A DNA stretch of 64,000 nt from Limnochordia bacterium (GTDB lineage Bacteria > Bacillota > Limnochordia > DTU087 > JAAYGB01), in the NCBI GenBank assembly GCA_041687495.1, contig JAWLBR010000001.1, positions 12,014 to 76,013 on the forward strand. Direction: 5' to 3'. The notes below the pieces were generated by a model. It saw nothing but the letters and a program-made list of their open reading frames with translations, was not told where the DNA came from and did no database searches. Shown piece after piece: positions 1-8,995 of the stretch. Within the stretch, counting starts at the first letter, position 1; every line of letters begins with the position of its first letter. The position numbers and the translations under genes are program-made.

Positions 1-127
1 GATGCGAGATCCACCGGCAGACGGTCCGAGAATAAGCAGTTTCCTCGTTCCACTACCTACCAATTTCTCACGTTATTATAGCACAAAACAGAGGATTTGA
101 AACAGGCTGATGACCGCTGCCACATTA

Positions 128-700
128 TCATACAGACAGGCAAACACCAGTCTCAGGTCTACCAATCACCTGCGCTCCACCTAAACTACCCGCCGCAACC
201 GCTGACGCTTCTGCAGTCTTTACGGCCGCGGCTACATCACTAAGGCTGCCTTCCAGGACAAAAAAGCAACGCCCACCCAAGCTAAACCCCCAGCGCAGGT
301 TCCGAAGTACCACCCCTGCTGCCTTAAGCGCTCTGTCGGCAGCGGCGAAGCCTGAAGCAATAGTCAAAGTCTCTACGATCCCTAAAGCCGATTCGTTACT
401 CCCTTTTGCAAAGCGTCCTGCCATTCCCGCCAGGAGCTCGGGGTGGACTCTTCCTAAGACAAGGTGGTCGTATATTGCAGCCGGCTCACACGCAAGAGCG
501 GCTGCGACGGCCTCGTGGACCGCTGCCACTTGTCCCGTAAACAGTGCGGTGAACTTACCCGGACAGACCAGCTCACTTCTCACCACTACTACCTCAGCCG
601 CCTTTGTGGCCGAATCTAGAGCGGACAACCCAGCGGCAGCTCCGCGCATTTCAATCATTCCAAGAGCTTGAATCTCTGATTCCACTGTCCCCTCCTCCAA
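128..700 (-). CDS. BMC-T shell protein, PduT-like tandem BMC-domain protein with Fe-S cysteine motif
   Basis: Two Pfam00936-like BMC domains in ~190 aa (ALGMIEMRGAAAG...; ALGIVETLTIASGFAAADRALKAAGV). Conserved LVCPGKF motif matches the PduT Cys38 4Fe-4S ligand context (PduT TICPGKF). It is the last gene of the BMC operon and its 5' end overlaps the PduS-like gene. Confidence 0.8.
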   Translation of the reverse strand: MEEGTVESEIQALGMIEMRGAAAGLSALDSATKAAEVVVVRSELVCPGKFTALFTGQVAAVHEAVAAALACEPAAIYDHLVLGRVHPELLAGMAGRFAKGSNESALGIVETLTIASGFAAADRALKAAGVVLRNLRWGFSLGGRCFFVLEGSLSDVAAAVKTAEASAVAAGSLGGAQVIGRPETGVCLSV

Positions 701-2033
701 TCTCGATGAAGGTGTCTGTGATTCTCAGGACTCTGCCGGCAATGCTGGCATGCACCAGTGCCCCTAGACTGTTGGCTCGCGGTTCAGCTACTGTTTGCCC
801 CGCCCGCGCACTGTCTCCCACCCCGATACAAGGTTGAGCTGGAGTCCCGATATGCTGCTTCAAGGGTATGCGAACAACAGACACCTCCATTGGCTGAGAT
901 GCCCATGGTGCCGGCTGTGAGTATCTGGCCAAGTCCAGACGCTCCAGTAGTCGGCTGGTGGGGATCTGTCGACCCACCCGCTCCGGCCTGGGCTGAGTGG
1001 GACTAAGGCGATGGGGATTTACGGCCCCTTGAACGATCAGCTCCGCCTTTAGCGCTTGGTACATTCTGCGTGGCGACAGTCCGAGGGGACATGCATACAG
1101 ATCACAAACTCCGCACTCGCAGCACAGGAATGCTTGCGTAATAGCGTCGATATCCTGCCCCAACTGGTGGTTCACAGCGTTCAGTACCTGGCTAGGTTCA
1201 ATTGAGTGTCCCAGAAGCCGACGAGGGCAAAGGTCGGTACAGATCCGGCACTGACAGCACGCGGACTGTGCCTGCCGAAGGATAGCCGAAAGAGGCGTCT
1301 CTGCCTGGCGCACCAATGGATGGTCAGCCGGCAGAACGATGATTCCTTTAGTTGTCTTTGACACTCCACCCGAGTGGTCAAAAAAATCTTGCTGAACTAG
1401 GGTTCCGGTGAGGGGGCCGCCGCTGACCACTCGGTAATGCTCGACGTTAGGTCCGCCGGCCACCGAGAGCAACTGGTCTATGGATGTGCCGACAGGAGCC
1501 CGGACGGTGAGAGGCTGTTTCACGGCACCGGCGACGGTCAGGTAAGTATGAGTGACGGGGTGGCTGTGCAGCGCCCCGGTGATGTTAAGTACCGTCTCTA
1601 CATTCAAAACGACTGCTCCCACAGCCAATGGGATGCCCCCTTCGGGGACTACCTTACCGGTTACCTGATAGACTAGAGCCTGCTCATCGCCGGCAGGGTA
1701 GTAATCGGGGAGGGTAAACAGTGAGAGGCGGTGGTCCTTGAGTACAGCCTTCTTAACACTGGCGACAGCGTCGGTCTGCTTCGCTTTTAGGGCAACTACT
1801 CCCTGCTTGGCACTCACTGCTGTAACCACAGCGCCAAGACCAGCCACCAAAGCGTCTGCCTCTCTCTCAGCCAACTGTTTGTCAACCTGGAGTAGCGGTT
1901 CACACTCGGCCCCATTGACGATTACGATCTCTGCTGTACTGCGCAGTTTGACATGGGTGGGAAAGCCCGCGCCTCCGGCTCCCACAACTCCGGCTGCGTA
2001 CACCAACTGGCTGAGCTGAGTAGTCTCCATCAC
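651..2033 (-). CDS. PduS-like RnfC/NuoF-family Fe-S flavoprotein (BMC-associated NADH-dependent oxidoreductase)
   Basis: N-terminal VVGAGGAGFPTHVKL NADH/FMN-binding motif and two 4Fe-4S motifs (CCQCRICTDLCP; CCECGVCDLYACP). There is a C-terminal RnfC_N-like barrel segment (RIPLKQHIGTPAQPCIGVGD). Length ~460 aa matches PduS. It is immediately followed downstream by a PduT-like gene, as in pdu operons. Confidence 0.75.
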   Translation of the reverse strand: MMETTQLSQLVYAAGVVGAGGAGFPTHVKLRSTAEIVIVNGAECEPLLQVDKQLAEREADALVAGLGAVVTAVSAKQGVVALKAKQTDAVASVKKAVLKDHRLSLFTLPDYYPAGDEQALVYQVTGKVVPEGGIPLAVGAVVLNVETVLNITGALHSHPVTHTYLTVAGAVKQPLTVRAPVGTSIDQLLSVAGGPNVEHYRVVSGGPLTGTLVQQDFFDHSGGVSKTTKGIIVLPADHPLVRQAETPLSAILRQAQSACCQCRICTDLCPRRLLGHSIEPSQVLNAVNHQLGQDIDAITQAFLCCECGVCDLYACPLGLSPRRMYQALKAELIVQGAVNPHRLSPTQPRPERVGRQIPTSRLLERLDLARYSQPAPWASQPMEVSVVRIPLKQHIGTPAQPCIGVGDSARAGQTVAEPRANSLGALVHASIAGRVLRITDTFIEIGGGDSGIRDSSSWND

Positions 2034-2035
2034 GG

Positions 2036-2692
2036 TTAGTCCCTTCCTAAAATCCTGGCTTTGGCTCCACAGCTGATCCCTGCGGCATTGGCATCATCGG
2101 TATCCAAATGCATCTGCAACCGAAATTTCGGACTGACTCGCACTTGGACATTTCTGAAGACAAGCGCCTTCTCCCCTGTAACCTCGACGCTAACTAAGTC
2201 GTTATCCGATACAGCAAATCTCCTGGCATCATCCGGATTCATATGGATATGCCGATTCGCTACGATGGCAGTCTCATCTAGCACCAAGGTGCCGGCTGGG
2301 CCGATCAGCGTAATCGATGCGGCTCCTACCAGATCTCCACTTTTGCGTACAGGAGCGTCTATGCCCAGATATATCGCGTCGGTTCTAGCCAGTTCCACTT
2401 GGGTTCGGCTCCGGATGGGGCCGAGAATCCTGACTTTCTCCACCGCCCGCATTTTCGGTCCAGTTACTGTGACAACTTCCCTAGCCGCGAACTCTCCTTC
2501 TTGGTACAAATCCCGTAGGTTGGTCAGCTGATGCCCTGCCCCATATAGGACATCCAGATCCTTCTGTGACACATGAATATGGCGCACGGAAATACCCACC
2601 GGAACAACCATTGAGTCCTCAGGTACCCGCTGTTGTTGTAGTACTCCCATAACTTCCTTCGTAATGCGCTCCACAAGAGCCCTCTGGTCCAC
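2036..2692 (-). CDS. pduL: PduL-type phosphotransacylase (phosphate acyltransferase) with N-terminal amphipathic helix
   Basis: ~218 aa with duplicated PduL/EutD-type PF06130 repeats (GISVRHIHV..., VANRHIHMNPDDA). N-terminal ALVERITKEVMGVLQQQ resembles the known PduL encapsulation peptide. Confidence 0.8.
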   Translation of the reverse strand: MDQRALVERITKEVMGVLQQQRVPEDSMVVPVGISVRHIHVSQKDLDVLYGAGHQLTNLRDLYQEGEFAAREVVTVTGPKMRAVEKVRILGPIRSRTQVELARTDAIYLGIDAPVRKSGDLVGAASITLIGPAGTLVLDETAIVANRHIHMNPDDARRFAVSDNDLVSVEVTGEKALVFRNVQVRVSPKFRLQMHLDTDDANAAGISCGAKARILGRD

Positions 2693-2718
2693 CGCTACCC
2701 CTTCCTTCTCCAGATACG

Positions 2719-2964
2719 TTATTCAACGACTCCCATGATCAGAGTTTTAAACGGTGCCCGCTCCAGACCAAAGATCGACTTCGCCGCTCCCGGCGGCCCA
2801 CCAGCCAGGACTCTGTCTCCGGGCCCAGCTCCCACATAGTCGATGGCGATCTCGTACTCTGTCCCATGCCCTGCCATAGGCTGAATCAGAAAAAGCCGCT
2901 TTCCTTCTAAGGATTTATGCTTTACAGTACACACCACCGGGCTAATCACTTTAGCTAAGTACAT
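2719..2964 (-). CDS. BMC-P vertex (pentamer) protein, EutN/PduN/CcmL family
   Basis: 81 aa; MYLAKVISPVVCTVKH...LFLIQPM...IAIDYVGAGPGDRVL matches the Pfam03319 pattern. Confidence 0.75.
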   Translation of the reverse strand: MYLAKVISPVVCTVKHKSLEGKRLFLIQPMAGHGTEYEIAIDYVGAGPGDRVLAGGPPGAAKSIFGLERAPFKTLIMGVVE

Positions 2965-3292
2965 TGCTGGTTCCGTCCTCTCCGTTGTTCCCGGCTGTCG
3001 AGAGCAGGCTCAGCTGCTCAACGCTGACGCGATCAACGAGACCCACGATACTGGCATCTACTGGCGTATGATCCCCGGCAAAAGCCACCGCTGCCTCACC
3101 GCTGAACACAACCAGAACTACGTCGCCTTCTCCTGCCTGGGATGTGGCGTCAGCGGCAATATAAGGGCTTCCTCTCTCCTGCAGCTTGGCGTTCAGCGGC
3201 TGCACCGCCATAAATTTCATCCGCTCCAGGTCTGGGTCTCGCAATGAACAAACCACCCTGCCGATCACTCTTCCGAACCGCACGGGCGCCAC
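2951..3292 (-). CDS. BMC-P vertex protein paralog (EutN/CcmL family) with C-terminal tail
   Basis: RFGRVIGRVVCSLRDPDLERMKFMAVQPL...AADATSQAGEGDVVLV fits the EutN/CcmL fold signature. It has an extra ~25-aa C-terminal tail and short overlaps with both neighbouring BMC-P genes. Confidence 0.65.
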   Translation of the reverse strand: MAPVRFGRVIGRVVCSLRDPDLERMKFMAVQPLNAKLQERGSPYIAADATSQAGEGDVVLVVFSGEAAVAFAGDHTPVDASIVGLVDRVSVEQLSLLSTAGNNGEDGTSNVLS

Positions 3293-3615
3293 TTCCCTTC
3301 CTGCCGCCGCGAATAGACCTCAGTTGTGCCAAGATGTACAGCATCAATAATTCCAACGACGGCTGCATCTACCGGAGAGTGACTGAGTTTCGCAGCCTGG
3401 CGAGCCGAACTGCCACTGACCGTCATGACAATGTCGCCAACGCCCGCACCAACTGTATCCACCGCTACAATGCAACTACCCGCAGGCTCGCCAGAAGCGA
3501 TCTGAAGCGGCTGCACCACCTGTAACTTAAATCCGACCAGTTTGGGATCCTTCTGTGTAGCAACTACAGTGCCAACTACCCGTGCCATCTGCATTGTTTT
3601 TCCTGCCTTTCGCAA
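3265..3615 (-). CDS. BMC-P vertex protein paralog (EutN/CcmL family)
   Basis: MQMARVVGTVVATQKDPKLVGFKLQVVQPL...IVAVDTVGAGVGDIVM. The true start is probably the internal Met near 3594. Confidence 0.7.
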   Translation of the reverse strand: MRKAGKTMQMARVVGTVVATQKDPKLVGFKLQVVQPLQIASGEPAGSCIVAVDTVGAGVGDIVMTVSGSSARQAAKLSHSPVDAAVVGIIDAVHLGTTEVYSRRQEGKWRPCGSEE

Positions 3616-3646
3616 AAAGGTCAGCCACAGCCACCCGTCTCGCTAT

Positions 3647-4237
3647 CTATCCGGGGAATTGCGCCAGAAGCGCTGGATGTGGCGCCGGCAGCACCACAGC
3701 GGTCACCAAATCAGCTGGGGCAATCTGTGTCTCACCGCTTTCCACCCCAGCCGTTACTGCAGAAACGGTCCCCGCCATCACTACAAAGGACTTGCCTCCC
3801 ATTCCCCGGGTAAGCCGAACTTCCAAAAGCTCTACCTGTGCTGCTTTCACCGCGGCGTCAGCTCCAGTGATGGCTGCCGCTGCCCGCAGTGTTTCGATGA
3901 CGCCTACAGCGCTGCCAAGGCTGGTGGTGTGAGGCTCCAGCAGAGCATCGACAACCGCTTCAGCGATGTTGGCCAACACGCCCTGGGACAGTACATGCCC
4001 ACCACCGACAGCCACCGCCCGGTTCATAGCCGCCTGAACCGCTGCCACCCGGCCCGAAATGATGACAAAAAACCGACCGGGGCAAATTGGACTGGCCTGA
4101 ACCACCCTTACCTCAGCGGACTTGGCTGCAGCATCGACGCAGATATACCCCCACGGGACACTGTCACACTCCATCAAACCGACCGCGTTCCCGTGATTGC
4201 TCCGGCCTTTTCCATGAGGGCCCTCAGGATGCGGCAT
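3647..4237 (-). CDS. BMC-T shell protein, PduT-like tandem BMC-domain protein with Fe-S cysteine motif
   Basis: Two BMC domains (VGLMECDSV...; SLGSAVGVIETLRAAAAITGADAAVKAAQVEL) and an ICPGRFFVII motif analogous to the PduT Cys ligand. The N-terminal ~20 aa are uncertain. Confidence 0.7.
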   Translation of the reverse strand: MPHPEGPHGKGRSNHGNAVGLMECDSVPWGYICVDAAAKSAEVRVVQASPICPGRFFVIISGRVAAVQAAMNRAVAVGGGHVLSQGVLANIAEAVVDALLEPHTTSLGSAVGVIETLRAAAAITGADAAVKAAQVELLEVRLTRGMGGKSFVVMAGTVSAVTAGVESGETQIAPADLVTAVVLPAPHPALLAQFPG

Positions 4238-5453
4238 CGCTACCTAACCCCTTCACCACAAGATTGTAAGTATCCCGGGCGATGACAAGCTCTTCGTTGG
4301 TGGGGATGACCCACACTTCGGCCTTCGCCTCAGGGGGAGATATTCTTCTCTCTGGGTGGCCATCGGCGTTGCGGGCACTGTCCACCCATATGCCCATGAA
4401 TTCTAATCCGCTGAGAATCTTTTCTCTTACCTGCGGCGCCCGCTCTCCCACGCCACCGGAGACGACAACTGCATCCACGCCGCCCATGGCTGCTGCATAT
4501 GCCCCGACATACTTGCGGCACCGGTAAACAAAAGCGTCGATGGCCAGCTGGGCCCTGCCATTGCCAGCAGCGGCTTCTGCAAAAACCTCCCTTAAGTCGC
4601 TGCTCACACCCGATATCCCCTGCCATCCGCTGGTCTTGTTTAGCATCTGATCCATCTGGTCTGGACTCAGACCTTCCTTTCGCATTAGGTAGGTGATTAC
4701 CAGCGGGTCAATATCGCCGCACCGAGTAGATTGAATTAGTCCCTCGGTAGGAGTGAGGCCGGTACTGACGTCAACGGAACGGCCCCGGTCAAATGCACAG
4801 GCAGTCGTTCCGCTGCCCAGCATCAAGTTGACAATCTTCAAATCTTCCAGGGGCCTTTTCATCAGTTGAGCTACCCGTTCGGTCATATATCGGAAAGTGA
4901 TCCCGTGAAAACCGTACCGCCGAACTCGATACTTCTCGTAGAATTCATAGGGGATGGCATAAATATAAGCTTCCGGCGGAACTGTCTGATGGAGGCTAGA
5001 ATCAAAGACTGCCGCCATAGGCACATCCGGCATCAGCTCTTGACAGGCTCTAATTCCTTGCACATTGGGCGGGTTGTGCAGGGGAGCTAAATCGTAGTAG
5101 TCTTCTAAAACTTTCATTACCTGAGGCGTAATCGGCACCGAACCAATACAGCGTTCGCCTCCATGGACCACTCTGTGGCCTACAGCATCAATATCACTTT
5201 TTTCCTTCACCGCGCCGACTTTCGGGTCAAGGAGAGTAGAGAGGGCCACCTCAATAGCTTCTTGATGACTCAGCGCCGCAAAGGTTCGAGTCAGCGGAGG
5301 CTTGCCAACCGCTAGATGCGTTAGACGGGCATCGCTCCGTCCAACTCGTTCCACTTGCCCCTTCGCCAAGACTATTTCGCTTGGCATTTCCATGAGTTGG
5401 TACTTAACTGAAGATCCTCCGCAGTTTAGCACTAAGACTCTCACCCGAAACAC
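4224..5453 (-). CDS. ackA: Acetate/propionate kinase
   Basis: 409 aa; N-terminal VLVLNCGGSSVKYQL is the acetokinase signature. The full-length ASKHA acetate kinase family match sits inside the BMC operon, as in many metabolosome loci. Confidence 0.85.
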   Translation of the reverse strand: MFRVRVLVLNCGGSSVKYQLMEMPSEIVLAKGQVERVGRSDARLTHLAVGKPPLTRTFAALSHQEAIEVALSTLLDPKVGAVKEKSDIDAVGHRVVHGGERCIGSVPITPQVMKVLEDYYDLAPLHNPPNVQGIRACQELMPDVPMAAVFDSSLHQTVPPEAYIYAIPYEFYEKYRVRRYGFHGITFRYMTERVAQLMKRPLEDLKIVNLMLGSGTTACAFDRGRSVDVSTGLTPTEGLIQSTRCGDIDPLVITYLMRKEGLSPDQMDQMLNKTSGWQGISGVSSDLREVFAEAAAGNGRAQLAIDAFVYRCRKYVGAYAAAMGGVDAVVVSGGVGERAPQVREKILSGLEFMGIWVDSARNADGHPERRISPPEAKAEVWVIPTNEELVIARDTYNLVVKGLGSDAAS

Positions 5454-6055
5454 CCCTCCGTAGTCGTACAGGCAGAACTATGGCCGCCAAACACAAACAC
5501 TCCATCCCAAGCCTGAGGACTGGGGTTGGCCAATATCCTGCTGTCGACAAGCAGCTCTCCGCTTAACGTTTTCAGCACAGCGTCCACTGCAGCTGTTACC
5601 GCGCCTATGGTTCCGCCAAGATACAGGCATCCCCGGCCAGAGATGCCGCCGGCCAAACGAATTGTGTACAACTCCACCTGGGCTGCCTTGACTGCCGTAT
5701 CAGCTGCCAGCACCGCCGAACTGGCACTATAGGTCTCAAGGATCCCCAGCGCCTGTAGCTGGCCCACCGGGGTAGTCCCCTTTACTGCACTGATAAGGTT
5801 GGGATGGGGATTCCCCAGGCAAAAGCTGTCAATGTGATTCCACTCCGGCCGAGCTGCAGCATACTCCAAACCCGCCCGAACCGCGGCAACCTCCCCGGAC
5901 ACCGCAGCTAACAGCTTCCCAGGGCAGACCACCCGAACCAACACTAGCTCGACAGGATAGGCCTTGATTAACCAGTCCACTGCCTTGAGCCCCAATCCGA
6001 TGCTCTTAAACTCCATCATTGCCAAGGCGCTACTGTCCAGCATATTGCTCACCAT
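5441..6055 (-). CDS. BMC-T shell protein, PduT-like tandem BMC-domain protein with Fe-S cysteine motif
   Basis: Two BMC domains (MMEFKSIGLGLKAVDWL...; ALGILETYSASSAVLAADTAVKAAQVEL) and a VVCPGKLLAAV motif. It lies directly downstream of the second PduS-like gene. Confidence 0.75.
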   Translation of the reverse strand: MVSNMLDSSALAMMEFKSIGLGLKAVDWLIKAYPVELVLVRVVCPGKLLAAVSGEVAAVRAGLEYAAARPEWNHIDSFCLGNPHPNLISAVKGTTPVGQLQALGILETYSASSAVLAADTAVKAAQVELYTIRLAGGISGRGCLYLGGTIGAVTAAVDAVLKTLSGELLVDSRILANPSPQAWDGVFVFGGHSSACTTTEGCFG

Positions 6056-7385
6056 CGCTCATAATAGTTACCTCACCATGCTCAATCTTGCTGACCGTCC
6101 CAGAAATACTGCTGTGAACGCTTACACTGAGCGAAGAGCCAGAGCCGACTGCGATCTCCTGTCCTTGGGACACCTGGTCGCCGACATTTACGCTCAGCTT
6201 TCCAGGGGCGCCGACGTGCTGCAACACAGGAATCGTCACACTTCCAGGAGCAACGGACTCTTCCCAGGGATGCGCCTTCTTCTCCCACTGGAACAACCCT
6301 AACCGGAGCACCAATCTCTGCGACGGCAGCAGATTCCCCTGACCATCCCACTCACTGTTCTCTTCGAGACAAAACTCTGATTTTGGGGCAGAGACCTCCC
6401 GCAGACGTCGTTTCAGCCATCGGTTAATTTGTCTGGGGGAAAGTCCCATGGGACAGACCACATCGCAGACTCCGCACTCGCTGCACAGTACTGCGGCTTT
6501 CGCACTCTCGAGTTCCAGAGTTCCTTCGGTAGATGCACTGCGCATGGCCAGATGCGGCACCAACGGATGGCCGAGTAAGTGCCTCGGGCATAGGTCCGTG
6601 CACAGAGTGCAGGAACAACACACCTGGTTGGCGAGTCGGACCATGTGCTCAACCGATAGGTGTGCTCGACCGTGCAGATGGTCCACGGGATGATTGGTAG
6701 GAACGACAATGAGACCCTTCGTTGTCTTAGTCACCGGCTGGTCCAAGTCTGCCACAAGCCTTCCCATCATCGGTCCGCCCTCGATTATCTGGTAACTGGC
6801 AGGCGACGGCTGTGCTAAGGCAACAACCTGTGACACTGACATGCCAATCGGGGTTTTAATGGTAAGGGCCCGCTTCACCGCTCCAGTTACGGTAACCCAG
6901 GAATGGGTTACCGGAAAGCCCGCAGCCGCTTCAGCAATGTTGTACAATGTCTCTACGTTAAGAACTACAGCCCCGATCCGAAGAGGGATATCTCCCGGCG
7001 GGATCGTTCGGCCCAAAACATGCCGACACAGAACATGTTCGTCCCCCATGGGGTAGACATCGGGAAGAAGCGCTATCTCCAACCAGGGATACGAAACAGA
7101 CAAATCCGCAAACATCTCCACTTGGTCTACATGCTTAGCCTTGACAGCTAAGTAGGCTCTCTTGGCCTTAACCGCTCTCGAAACCAGTTCTAGCCCTTGT
7201 AAGATAGTCTCCGGGTAGTGAGCCAACAGAACTTGGTCTACCTGGAGAAGGGGTTCACATTCAGCTGCATTGACAATGACTGTCTCAATCCCTTCACCTA
7301 GCTTGCGATAGGTAGGAAACCCAGCACCACCTGCTCCGACAACTCCTCCACGGCGGACAGCCTGAATCAACTGCTTGAGCTGCAT
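6030..7385 (-). CDS. PduS-like RnfC/NuoF-family Fe-S flavoprotein, second paralog
   Basis: VVGAGGAGFPTYRKL plus two 4Fe-4S motifs (CCSCTLCTDLCP; CSECGVCDVVCP). There is a C-terminal RnfC_N-like barrel (VTIPVLQHVGAPGKLSVNVGD). ~451 aa. Confidence 0.75.
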   Translation of the reverse strand: MQLKQLIQAVRRGGVVGAGGAGFPTYRKLGEGIETVIVNAAECEPLLQVDQVLLAHYPETILQGLELVSRAVKAKRAYLAVKAKHVDQVEMFADLSVSYPWLEIALLPDVYPMGDEHVLCRHVLGRTIPPGDIPLRIGAVVLNVETLYNIAEAAAGFPVTHSWVTVTGAVKRALTIKTPIGMSVSQVVALAQPSPASYQIIEGGPMMGRLVADLDQPVTKTTKGLIVVPTNHPVDHLHGRAHLSVEHMVRLANQVCCSCTLCTDLCPRHLLGHPLVPHLAMRSASTEGTLELESAKAAVLCSECGVCDVVCPMGLSPRQINRWLKRRLREVSAPKSEFCLEENSEWDGQGNLLPSQRLVLRLGLFQWEKKAHPWEESVAPGSVTIPVLQHVGAPGKLSVNVGDQVSQGQEIAVGSGSSLSVSVHSSISGTVSKIEHGEVTIMSDGEQYAGQ

Positions 7386-7428
7386 CTGGAACCTCCTTCC
7401 CAGACCAAGTCCAGTGCTGCGGCATCAT

Positions 7429-8868
7429 CTAGATTGACAGTGCCCCTTGCACAGTTACGTTTCTCTGCCGGGTGAAAGTCCGTGGCGTACAGATCCCTTC
7501 GCCAGTAGGACTTGCAATGGTATGTCCGAAGGTGCCGTTGCCCTCCACACCCAGGGACGCCGTTGCCGGACCATTGGCCACCACAATGGTTGTGTTCATC
7601 TTGCGGGCAAAGGCACTGATGCGCTCTTCCATGGACGAGTGGATGATGGCCGTATGACCAAACCCCTGCTCTGCTTCATAAGCCCGCTCCAGTCCCTCAG
7701 ACCAATTAGCTACTGACACAATCGGTAATACTGGCAGCATCTGCTCGATTTTCACCAATGGATGGTCAAAGGGCACCTGTAAAATAGCTCCCTCGGTACC
7801 AGGTGGGGCAGCGATTCCCGCCCGCCGAAGAATATCCGCCCCATCTTGGCCGACGCAGTCGCCTACCACATGGTTATCCTTGATAATGAGGTTACAGACC
7901 TGCCTCTTCTCCTCATCACTCTTCAGTAGATACGCATGATGCCGCTGCATTTCTTCAATTAGAGCCTCCGCCACAGAGCTCACTACAAATACAACCTTCT
8001 CCGAAATGCAGAGAATGTTGTTGTCAAACCATGAGCTACTGATGATGTCCCTGGCTGCCCGATGAATGTCAGCCGTCTCGTCGACAACCACAGGTGGATT
8101 AGCAGCTCCAGCCGCAACCGCCTTTTTCCCGCAGCTGAGCGCCGTACGAACAACTGCCGGACCTCCTGCGGCGGTAACCATCGCAACCAGGGGATGAGTG
8201 ATCACCTGGTTTACTACATCCAAAGTAGCCTGGTTAACGGCTACCAGACAGTTCTTCGGCCCACCGGCGGCGATAATGGCCCTGTTGAGAGTACGGATGG
8301 CTTCACGGGTGCATTCCTGAGCCCGAGGATGTGGGCAGAAAAACACAGTATTGCCCCCAGCCAGCATGATGATGGCGTGGTTGATAACAAAAGGAGTGGG
8401 ATGAGTAGTGGGTGTAATCGATGCGATTAGGCCGTAAGGACCCCGCTGCGTCAATGTGATACCATAATCACCTGCTTGAACAGCTCGAGGAAGGTCCTCA
8501 GTACCTGGAGAGAGTTTCGCTGCGTTAATGTTCTTCTGTACCTTGTGTTCATATCTGCCTAACCTAGTCTCCTCGATGGTCAGCTGGGCAAATCGTTGCG
8601 CATGCTCAATTCCCGCTTTGCGCACAGCGGAAATGACGGCCTCTCGCTGTGCCAAAGACATCTGCATTAACTCTTGTTGAGCTGCCTTGGCGGCTTCAGC
8701 CGCTGCGCCAACGGAGGTAAAGATCCCTGCTTCCTCGCTTGCACCGGGAGATTCTGTAGGTATTTTTGCTTCCGTGGTGAGGTTTCTCAAGACCTGGCTG
8801 ACTAACTCCGAAATCCTTTTCTCGTCTATCTGCATAGCAGGTACCTGCTGGGCTGCACACATCACCAA
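7429..8868 (-). CDS. CoA-acylating aldehyde dehydrogenase (PduP/EutE-like) with N-terminal encapsulation peptide
   Basis: ALDH-superfamily acylating subfamily hallmarks (GIFTSVGAAAEAAKAAQ..., catalytic Cys region ILCISEKVV, ...GEGICTPRTFTRQRN C-terminus). The N-terminal IDEKRISELVSQVLRNL amphipathic helix plus linker precedes the catalytic domain, as in PduP. The likely start is the Met at ~8835. Confidence 0.85.
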   Translation of the reverse strand: MVMCAAQQVPAMQIDEKRISELVSQVLRNLTTEAKIPTESPGASEEAGIFTSVGAAAEAAKAAQQELMQMSLAQREAVISAVRKAGIEHAQRFAQLTIEETRLGRYEHKVQKNINAAKLSPGTEDLPRAVQAGDYGITLTQRGPYGLIASITPTTHPTPFVINHAIIMLAGGNTVFFCPHPRAQECTREAIRTLNRAIIAAGGPKNCLVAVNQATLDVVNQVITHPLVAMVTAAGGPAVVRTALSCGKKAVAAGAANPPVVVDETADIHRAARDIISSSWFDNNILCISEKVVFVVSSVAEALIEEMQRHHAYLLKSDEEKRQVCNLIIKDNHVVGDCVGQDGADILRRAGIAAPPGTEGAILQVPFDHPLVKIEQMLPVLPIVSVANWSEGLERAYEAEQGFGHTAIIHSSMEERISAFARKMNTTIVVANGPATASLGVEGNGTFGHTIASPTGEGICTPRTFTRQRNVTVQGALSI

Positions 8869-8995
8869 GCCCGAATGTTATGCCTGGCTAGAGCCTGAAC
8901 CATGGCGTCAGCCCAGCAGTTTCAGGCCCCCTTTGCTGCGAACTAAGTAAGATGCGACCGAGACTATCTCAGCTGGAAGAAGCTGAAATAGCGAT

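Noticed and set aside
3542-4285. 247-aa plus-strand ORF, and similar long plus-strand ORFs at 2061..2531, 3582..3932, 19803..20369, 35265..35879, 45990..46754, 60230..60750.
   Set aside because: All lie antisense to well-supported minus-strand genes with clear family signatures. They have Arg/Pro/Ser-rich, low-complexity translations typical of high-GC antisense frames.
651-7385. PduS-like proteins appearing circularly permuted relative to RnfC (RnfC_N-like barrel at the C-terminus instead of the N-terminus).
   Set aside because: Probably a trait of the PduS family rather than a novelty of this locus. I cannot verify the canonical PduS domain order from memory, so it is not reported as a finding.
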